Of a DNA stretch of 64,000 nucleotides, positions 38,316-49,400 are shown piece by piece. The notes beneath the pieces were generated by a model. That model was not told the origin of the DNA. It searched no databases and saw nothing but the letters and a program-made list of their open reading frames with translations. The position numbers were made by a program, and so were the translations under genes. The DNA is from Octopus sinensis (Eukaryota), in NCBI RefSeq assembly GCF_006345805.1, contig NC_043003.1:85126001-85190000 (forward strand), read 5' to 3'. How positions within the stretch are numbered: the first letter of the stretch is position 1; every line of letters begins with the position of its first letter.

Positions 38316-41300
38316 CATATATATACACATAAGTGTGTGTGTGTGTGTACACATTGGACTTAAAGTCACAAGCATACACATTTTCCAATTTCATTTTGAT
38401 TTTAGGTTTGGTTTCTTTGTCTGTCCAGGCACTGCAGCCTGGAACAGTCTGGCTGGCTTCCCAGAGGCAGCTGTTGCCAATATATTTAATGCTGCAAAGT
38501 GTGCCTCAACCCAGTCAGGCCTTGGTCTATTGGTATGCCATTGGGCTGGTAGCAGCTTTCTCACTCACTCACCATTCTGTTGGCCTGGTTTTGTCATCAC
38601 TGCTGGCCTCGCCTGGAACAAGGATATACACTGGGTAAGTTAATGGTAATATAAAACACATCTAAGACCCTTTTTTTTTATCTTCTCCATATATTCTGAT
38701 TCTTACTACCTAAAAATTTTAGAGATATCATAACAGCTTCCCAAGGCATTCATTGTGGCACTTGATCTTAGTTGATTTATTTTTAGCTTTGTTTTGACAT
38801 CTGTTTTATTTGATTTATTGTAGATTTGTTATTGTTTAGCTCAAGATTATCCTTGATTGAGCAAAACTGCTACACTGTGAAAATTTTTTTTCTTCTTTTT
38901 TGTCTTTGGTTACTAAGTGTTATTTCCTATTTGCTTCTATTTAGAAATCAAAGGAAGGAAATAACTATCATTCCCTTCAAACTTTGCTTTTGTGACTGGA
39001 CATCAATGTTTTGAAACTGACCTATTTTCCATTACATTTCAGACAGATTCAGTGCTGAGTTGCTGAAGCAGAAATATTGTTATAGCAAATATTCTGCTCT
39101 ATACCATAGATCTGATTGTCAATCACTTGACCATAACCACTTGAGCATGTCCCTTAGTGGCTGACATTATGTGCATCTCTGATCATAAGCAGGAGTGTTG
39201 GGGGAGCATCACAACCATGTGGTGAGAGGGATTTTTTGGGGTTTGAATAGATAAATGTAACAAGAGCAAAGTATGAAGAAGTATTAGTCGTTTCTCATAC
39301 TTTCTGGGGGCAAGCAAATAGGAAATAACAGCTGCTACCTAAGGACAAAACTCATGTTACACAGTGTTATCAAAGGTATTCCAACAGTGATCATTCCATC
39401 TTTTTTCTCAGACATAGTGTATCAGTGTTTACTTAGTGTATTATTCCATTTCTAAGTTAGTAGGGATGATATAAGGGCAATTTGGCTTCTTTTTCTAGTA
39501 GCTTGAATAGCCATGTAAAAACACTTTTGTTGGCTCATTAATGTAGAGAAAATTAATGTAGGTTCTACCTTCTCATTTATTCTATCTCTCTGCAAGCATT
39601 TTGTGCATGTATCTCTTTAAAAACACAACTATTTTGTTTTGTTTTTCGGGGCTTTTTTGCTTTACACTTTGACAAAAGTATTTTGTGTCAAATATTAGAA
39701 TATTTAATTATTCTAAGTCTCTAAATTAATCAATGTTTTAAGGTGTTCATCACCTCCAGATTAAGGTGGTGGGTTGGCAGAATCATAAGAGCTTTTGGCA
39801 AAATGTCTCATAGTATTTACTCTGGTTCTTTATGTTCTGAGTTCAAATCCTGCCTAGGTCGTCTTCTTGTTTCAGCCGTCCAGTGTCACTAAAATTAAGT
39901 ATTAATCCAGTGTAATGCATTAGTGATATTTTTAAACATGGTAGCAAATACCATGCTGTATTTATTGTGACTCCTTACAATCTGAATTCACCTGCCGTGA
40001 CAATGGTGCTTTGTTATAGTAGCCCTTACCATTCCCTTGGATAACATACATTGCTAACCTTGACCAAGTGAGACCATTGAATTTATGTAGATCAGTGGTT
40101 CTCAACCATTTTTTTAACTATGGATCTCTTTGATTCCTATTCTATTCAATGGAGGGGGACCCTTAACATCTAAAACTCCTGTTATATTCTTGTGACTAAA
40201 TATTATTAGGAATTGTATAAAAAAATTGTTTGAATATTTTGTGTATTGTAGAAGTACAACCATTTTATTATCTCTTATCTTTTACTTGTTTCAATCATTT
40301 GACTGCAGCCATGCTGGGGCTCCACCTTGAAGTGTTTTAGTCAAACAAATCGACCCCTGGACTTATTTTAGTTAAGCCTGATAATTATTTTATCGGTCTG
40401 TTTTGCTGAACCACTAAGTTACAGAAACATAAACACACCAACTTTGGATCTCAAGCAGTGGTGATGGGAAGAGACACAAACAGACATGGACACGCTCACA
40501 CACACACACACACACACACATATGATGAGTTTCTTTCTGTTTCTGTCTACTAAATCCACTCACAAGGGTTTGGTCAGCCCAAGACTATAGTAGAAGACAC
40601 TTGTCCAAGGTGCCATGCAGTAAGACTGAACCTAAAACCATATATTTCAGAAGCAAGCTTCTCACTGCACAGCCATGCCTGTGCCTATTACAGGCTATAT
40701 AGACCCCAGTTAAAAACCACTGATCTAGATTATATATATATATGCTAGGATATAATGTGAAATTAATAATTATTTCTAGCATAGGTACATGCTCATATGT
40801 TATAGGAGTACACAGTTGATGCAGTCAACACCAATATTTCACATGATTTGATGTTAACAACCCCAGAAGGATCGAAAGCTAACTCCAACCTCAACCAAAT
40901 TTGAACTTGAAACATAAAAGGCCATAACTAAACATGCTAATACAGCCGTCTACTGATTCTACCAAAGATATAAGATTAAGAGACTAGAATTTGAAATCAT
41001 AAAATGGGAGGTTTTTAATAATAGATTTTACTCCCAAATATTTAATTTCTCATTATTATCAATGACTCTCTCTCTCTGCTAAATCTTTTATCAATTTTAA
41101 TTTAAACTTCATTAGCAGCAATGTTGTTATTAATATGTTCTCCATGCCGGTGGCACGTAAAAAGCACCATCCGATCGTGGCCATTGCCAGCCTTGCCTGG
41201 CTCCCGTGCCGATGGCACATAAAATGCACCATCCATCCGTGGCTGTTTGCCAGCCCTGTCTGGCACGTAAAAAGCACCCACTACACTCACGGAGTGGTTG

Positions 41301-43455
41301 GCGTTAGGAAGGGCATCCAGCCGTAGAAACACTGCCAGATCAGACTGGGCCTGGTGCAGCCTTCTGGCTTCCCAGACCCCAGTTGAACCGTCCAACCATG
41401 CTAGCATGGAAAGTGGACGCTAAATGATGATGATGATGATGATGATGATGTCTGCTGTTTCCATGGTGGCATGAGTTGCGCAAGAGTTATTGGTTTTCTA
41501 GGTTAGATGGAAACTGAGAAAGTCTATCATATATGTGTATGTGTGTTAGTATTGTGTTTATCCACTATTTCACAGCTAGTGTTGGTTTATTTATGTTCCT
41601 GTAACTTAGCTGATCAGCAAAAAGTGAGACATACCAGGCTTTAAAAAATAAGTACTGGTGGAGTGGCAGGGGGTTATTTATCTGACTAAACCCTTCAAGA
41701 TAGTGAGATAGTGCCTCAATATAGCTGTAGTTCAGTGACTGACACAAGTATAAGGTAAAAGATATACAATGGGCTTCCATACAGTTTCCATCTGTGTTAC
41801 AAGCTCCATGTTAGAAGTAGAGCCTGTGAGATAACATGCTGTTGAATGCATGATGTTGGCAACATTTATGTTTACAATTAAATTTACTTACCGTAAATCC
41901 TTGAGTATAGTCCGCCCTTGAGTATAATACGCAGGGGATTTTTAGTGGGGCTGTACCTCTGAAAATCCTAAACTTTGTATATAATACACACCCCTTCTCT
42001 AACTTGAGTCGTGCTTAATTAAGCCAGCAGCACCAAGTCGAACAAACACTTCCGTGCATGCGTAATACAATAATGGTGATGTTCTTAACTGTTATATGGG
42101 AATGTAAATATGTTTGCAAATTGTTTTTGTTACATGTTATTCTGTGTTCTGAATACTTTTATTTTAATAAATGTTGCTTACTGCAAGTTATGGATGATTC
42201 TTTTATGACTTCATTGCTTTCAGGCTTAGCTTAAGGTATTTTCCCGCCCGACATCACAAAATGCATTTAAATAAATATTGCTGGACAGCAAATAGAGACT
42301 CGGACATTACTTAGAAAATATTTTTCATTTTTAACCTCGTATATAGTACAAACTAGGGATTTTGACCTTTAAATTTTGGGAAAGAAATGCGGATTATACT
42401 CGAGGATTTACAGTACATCATTAGTCATTTGCAATATATTTGTCTACCTTCCAAAGGTTGCAGATTGTTGTTTAGCCTTTGGTTGGCTTTGTTCATGCAA
42501 ACTTAACAATCAAAGATGTTCCAAACATGATTTTGCATATTCAGGATTATCTTATTCAGTGTACCTTTTCTATTATTGAGACAGTACTGTGTGATTTGAG
42601 AGATATTTGACTGTTATCTTTAGCAGGTCAAGGAACTATCTATTGGCTCAATTATAGTTAGCTGTTTAACAGGAATCCATTAAATAAATTAGGCAATTAG
42701 AGTTTATGTTTCTTCCATAAGAACACAACATACTGGCTATAGTAATAAATCATACATTGATGATCATAGCACCCAGTTGTCCAGCATTTTAAAACTCTTA
42801 ACCATTGTAATGTAGGGTCAAAATGGGGAGGGATCCTTAGCTTCTGTCTAAATATAATGATAATTCTATCAGATCTCATTCTTATTTCAGGAGTTTCTTC
42901 AGAGCAATCTGGCAGACCTTATGAACAAACATATATTTCGTGATGATTCTTCTGTTTTTGGACAAGTTATCATTGAGTTGGGAAGAATTGAGACCTACGT
43001 CTATCGATGTTCCCAAAAGAAACAAGGTAGGAAGCTAGTTCCTGTCAAAGATAATGGTGTGTGATTTTTAGTTCCTGTTTTGTTGATGCTATTAAATTCT
43101 ATTATTGAAACAAAAATATTTTATGGTGACCACAAGTGACAAATGAGTATTAATTTCTTATTCCCTGCATGGAAAGGAAAATCATCATTATAATGTCTTG
43201 ATGTGTTGTCAACACACTGTTTTCATCAATACAGTATCACCAATTGTATTAAGTTTATTACATTTCTTTTTTGCTTTTGTTATTTGTCTGCTGCTGCTGT
43301 TCTTGAAAATTGTTTGGTAGTTTTATTTCTGATTCTAATACTCCTAATTATTCCCTTTTTTCTTTTTCTTTTTTCTTCTTTTTTGTGCAACAGGTTTGTT
43401 AGAGCTTTGACAAAGAACTACTTGTGGTGTATAGTAGTTTTATGTAAGGGTAGTC

Positions 43456-43499
<44 letters not shown>

Positions 43500-46400
43500 T
43501 ACTAGGATATCTGAATTTACTTTACAAAGTTTTCATACTGAAAAAATTTTTTATTTTACTAAGATATTGAAAACAACAAATCTTGCTTGTTTTTTTTTTC
43601 TTTACAACTTCAGCAGTCCCCAAAAATTTTATTTGGCCTAGTTTCTGCTTTTTTTCCAATGTATCCCAAAGAGAAATATCACTGCTCTCTCCTTAAGCAT
43701 AGGAGTGGCTGTGTGGTTGCTTAACAACCACATGGTTCCGGGTTCAGTCCCACTGCGTGGCACCTTGGGCAAGTGTCTTCTACTTTAGCCTCAGGTTGAC
43801 CAAAGCCTTGTGAGTGGATTTGGTAGACGGAAACTGAAAGAAGCCCGTCGTATATTATATATATGTGTGTGTGTATATGTTTGTGTGTCTGTGTTTGTCT
43901 CCCTAACATCACTTGACAACTGATGCTGGTGTGTTTACATTGCCGTAACTTAGTGGTTCGGCAAAAGAGACCGATAGAATAAGTACTAGGCTTACAAAGA
44001 ATAAGTCCTGTGGTCGATTTGCTCGACTAAAGGCAGTGCTCCAGCATGGCCATAGTCAAATGACTGAAACAAGTAAAAAGAGTTATGTACAATTATTCAA
44101 CTGTATCCCACTCCACTGCTCCTTTTTTATGCTTACTATATGCTCTTTTGATGACCTTTATCTCCTCTTTTTTAGATGATGACCAAACCTCTCTTCCTTG
44201 TGAAAATGGGTCCACTCTTACTAATTTCCTTGTGCGACCTGATGAAACAAGATTAGAAGACTTAACAGCAGATATTCTACAGGTAAGGGATTAGTTCAAC
44301 ATTTCAGTCTTTTTATGCTGTCCTGTGGCATCAGCAACCTTTATATTATCTCAAGTCCTTACCCCTCTGACTCATGTATATAGGTACATACAGTACTCGT
44401 CCTTCCTTGATATTCTCACATACCGGTATACCCAGACACTAACATATTGATAGTGCTGTACTCAGAAATCACAAACCTACATACATATCCATTTCCTTCC
44501 CCCATAACTACCATGAAGTCTGTATGATAGCAAACAGAACTTTTCCTGTCTATTTCTTGATAAAGAGCCTCTGCTTGAAACACCGTTAGAGTTCCTTTCC
44601 TCATTGCAACAGCATTTAATTTTAGTTATTACCACATTTCCTTTGTATTACTTGTTGCCAACACAGACCCATATCAGATTCCTGTGATTTTAGATTTTAC
44701 ATTCAGTCTTTATGTATTGCTGTCATCATATATAGTCTTTATCAAATCTATTTTAATTGACCTATGGCATAACAAAATCTGAAATAAGCTAAATAAAGCA
44801 TACGATGAACACTTCTTGCTGCGGCTGTCCTGTCTAAGAAATAATGTTGCTTTAGTTATCTATGTACAATACCTAATAGATTTTGATGTTTATATACAAG
44901 CACAGACATGGTTCTGTGGTTTAGAAGTTCACTGCTCTACCATATTGTTCCTGGTTTGATCCAGTGCATGACTTGATCAAGTCATCATGAAGCAATAGTC
45001 TGTCTTCAGGTGCCCTTCTTCACATAACACTACTGAATGGGATATTTTGTTAATGAGGGATGTAACCTAATATCGCTGTGCCCACATGGTGACAATGTGA
45101 AGACAATAACAACATACAGGAAGTTTGCTTCCCAGCCATGTGATATGGGGTTCAATCCCATTGCAGGGTGCATTGAGCAAACACACTCTACTTTAACTCC
45201 AATGTCAACCAAAGCCTTGTGAGTGAATTTGGTACATCAAAACTGAAAAAAAAACTCTTTTTATTTTTTTTCTTGTTTCCGTCATTAGACTGTGACCATG
45301 CTGGGACACCAGCTTGAAGAATTTTAGCCTTCTATTGTTGTCAACCAAAGCCTTGTGTGGTTGGAAAGCAAACATCTTACCATACAATCATGCCTGCACC
45401 TATATAATTGTTCACATTTTCCCTTTTAAATAAATAGACGTGCTTCAGCATATACAAGATTATGTTTCAATTTCTTTGTCCACTAATTGTATTCAGTTAT
45501 CCACTTCTATGTATGTTATATATAGACAAATACACACACATATAATAAGTTTTGTGTCTCTTAATTCAAAACTGTTTCAGTACTATAATACAATTTGTTT
45601 TCTGTTATCTAATTGAAGCGAGCCAACCGCCTTCTACGGAAGCACCAGTCTGATGTAACAAGCATCCAGTTGAATTGTCCACAATCAAAGGAAATCATCT
45701 CTGAGGTGCTTCTCACAACAGACATGATGATCCTGGCAGTACGGCAAGTATCATAACAGTTCATAATTTAAGAAATGTGTCTGAGTATACTCGTCTGGTT
45801 CTAAAAAGATACATTTGCGATGCACAAATAAACTCGGGATAATCCATTAAGGGGTTAACAAATAATGATTGTAATAAATCAATGTAAGATCTGTATGTGG
45901 CCATCTGACATGCTAGAAATAGTAACCAAATATTCCTTAAATTGTATCCTACCAATAGTTTCATTATGAATCATAGCAGAATCTACATACAGAGGTCACA
46001 TCAGATTAGATTAATTTTGTCATGATAGTTTGATAGCTTAAATCAAAATCATTATCATCATCATTGTTTTATGAACAGTTTCCATGCTGGTATGGGTTGG
46101 AGATGTAACAATCTGAGTCCTTTTATAACAAAAGCTACTACTCTCAGAGTGGTGTCCATACATGTCATTTTAGCTTACCTTCTAAGGCTAAGTACCTTTC
46201 CTGTCGCCAACCACTTTAGAGAGTTCACTGGATGCATTTTCTTGTGACACCAGCACTAAAGAGGTTAGTAAGTTCTCAGCAAGATAGAACTTAATGGGTC
46301 TATAATCCTGCACTTCCTTTACGTATTTGTTTCCCCATTTTACAGTGTGTACTGGGTGCATTTTTAGTGGTACCAGTACTAAGGAGATTGTCAAGTTCTT

Positions 46401-49400
46401 GATGAGACAAGGTTAAAGGGACCTCTTAATCTTTAAGGTAGTACATTACCTCTGCTCCCTTACCAGTCATTCTACAGAGTGTGCAAGGGAGCTTGGAGGA
46501 AGCACTTTCCATCAAAGTCTCAACATACAGGGTGTGGAAGATATGGTGGCAGCACAGATCCACCACCATCACCTTATTGTAGTGTCTATTAATGCCTAGC
46601 AGTTGTTGCAGATTTTTTCTCCTTTTCTTTCTTGTTATCATTCCTTTTACATAGATAAGTTGAATTTGAGAGGTTTTTACTTATTTTACTTTTTATTGAC
46701 AAAATAAGCTACAAAATAGAAACTGAAATATGATACTAACGTTCTTGAAACTTAAACGAAGTTCATCTGCATTAATTTCACCTTGTTATCTTTATCTACC
46801 TATCTAAAACATTTGTGAGCACTTGCCCCCCACCCACCCCCACACACACACACACTCTTCTCTTCTCAGACTATCTGATAAATGAAAATATGGTGGCAAA
46901 TATTAGGGAGAAATGCAAAGTCAGCTCTGGCAGTATTTGAACTGATAAGGAGGGTTTACTATGGCAATTGTTCTACTACCTTTAATATCCTCAATTTCCT
47001 TTGATGGGCTTATCTCTGTTTACATTGCTTTCTTGTGCCTTGTATTATCATTATGTTTAAGGTGGCAAGCTAGTAGAATCGTTAGCAAGCAGGGAGAAAT
47101 GTTTAGCAGCATTTCGTCTGTCTTCACATTCTGAGTTTAAATTCTGCTGAGCTCAGCTTAGCCTTTCATCCTTTCAGGGTTGATAAAATAAGTACCAGTT
47201 GAGGACTGGAGTTGATGTAATCGACTCCCCCCCCACCCCAAAATTGCTAGCCTTGTGCCAAAATTTGAAATCATCATTATTATTATTATGTTTTTGTTTC
47301 ATAATGTTTTAATCAAAAGAAAAGAAATTATGCTCAATGTCTGTTAGTGGCTTTCTGAATCTGGTGACACTGTCAGAGTTGATGTGCATTTTGAACATCT
47401 GCATGTAAACATCTGTAGGAAAAAAATCATGTGAAAGAACTTCCAGAAGGTTGATGTTCTGAAAAGTAAGAAGTAGGGAGAAGTAATAAGTCCAGGACCT
47501 GATAGGAAAGGGGGAAATGCACACTAATGTAGTGTGACAAGAGAAAGAGTGGTACAACTGGTATACATGTAGCTAATTTTCAGGGTAGCTGAATTTAGCA
47601 CAGCAGTGATAAAATAGACACAGACAGAGCAAATCAGCTTATCTGTTGAGCCAGAGGTTGTACAATGAATGAGTAAGAATCAATTGGAAAACCTTTTGGA
47701 AGCTTTTTGTGTATGGGAGCAGTATCCCCCCACCCCAGCATGGTTCTTCCTAATTCAACTACTTATAATTGTTGAAAGCTGGTGATTGCTTCCCAAACAG
47801 CAATTAGTTACACATTCTATAGTTTGTAGAAGTACCTTCATGAATGTGACACTGAAATATCACACATTGGTCTCATTTTTCAAATTCGCTGTAGAAATTT
47901 TGTTTTGTTTTTAGGTAGCATACATAATTTTAAAAAAACTTCAGTTAGCCTAATTATTACCAGCATTATACAGCAGATTGTTTGTCAGTATTCATCATCA
48001 TCATCATCATCATCATTTAGCGTCCGTTTTCCATGCTTGCATGGGTTGGACGGTTCAACTGGGGTCTGTGAAGCTGGAAGGCCGCATCAGGCCCAGTCAG
48101 ATCTGGCAGTGTTTCTACAACTGGATGCCCTTCCTAACGCCAACCACTCCATGAGTGTAGTGGGTGCTTTTTACGTGCCAGCCGAAATAAACATGTTTTC
48201 TATTTAGTGGGAGATTTATCTCTCATCCACTTAACACCTTGAAACTAGAGCTAAGCTTCAGCAATTATGAACCTAGTACTGTTGGCATGGCTGTGTGTTA
48301 AGAAGTTTTCTTCCCAGCCACAAGGTTCCAGGTTCAGGCCCATTATGTAGCACATTGGGTAAGTGTCTTCTACTATAGTCCAGGCCAACCAAAGTCTTGT
48401 GAGTGGATTTAATAGAGAGAAACTGAAATAAGGCCATTGTATGTGTGTGTAACATATGTGTGGTGCGTGATACAGTGTCATTGCTTTGACATTACATGAT
48501 AGTTGTAAATAAGTGTCACTGGAATACAAGTGCTGCCCTTCATTTCTAATATTCTGTTTAAACATGTCTGGTCATGGGAAAAAATTTTACCTTGGAATCA
48601 GGTGACAGTTGGCAACAGGAAGGGTATCCAATTGTTGAAAATCTGCCCTGACAAATTCTGTTCAATCCATGTGAAAATGGAACAGTGGATTTTAAAATGA
48701 TGTGCCGGTGGCACGTAAATTGCACCAATCCGACCGTGTCCATTGCCAGCCTCGCCTGGCACCTGTGCGGGTGGCACGTAAAAAGCACCCACTACACTCA
48801 CGGAGTGGTTGGCGTTAGGAAGGGCATCCAGCTGTAGAAACATTGCCAGATAAGACTGGAGCCTGGTGCAGCCTTCTGGCTTCCCAGATCCCCGGTTGAA
48901 CCATCCAACCCATGCTAGCATGGAGAACGGACGTTAAATGATGATGATGATGACACCACTAATGACAATGACAACAAAAACAAGTACTGTACTGTGTTAC
49001 ATAATGTTTTCATCTGTTGTTTTATATTGGGCTAATATATTTATCTTGTACTATAACACATTTCCTGCTTGTCATTGTTAATTTCTGTTTCTCAAAACAT
49101 AACAGGATTGGACGTGCTATGGTGACTGCTGGTCGCAACCCTGATCCCTTATCTGGCCTGCGTATAGTAAATCTTGGAATCACAAACTTGACTGCTACTG
49201 GAAAAACAGATCTTGCTAACAGGTTTTTACATGTTTTTATGTACTATTTTGTTGTAGAGAATAAGGAGCCCCTATTCCATAAATTTTAAGAGTTGTACTC
49301 AACTGGCATAATTGTTAGAGCAAGAGATAATATATCTTATCATGTTTAGGTTCTGGGTTCATATCCTACTGATGTTAACTTTGCTTTCATCTTACTGGGA

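Noticed and set aside
45739-45753. Canonical GT donors for exon 19
   Set aside because: Both are phase 0 and would frameshift exon 20.
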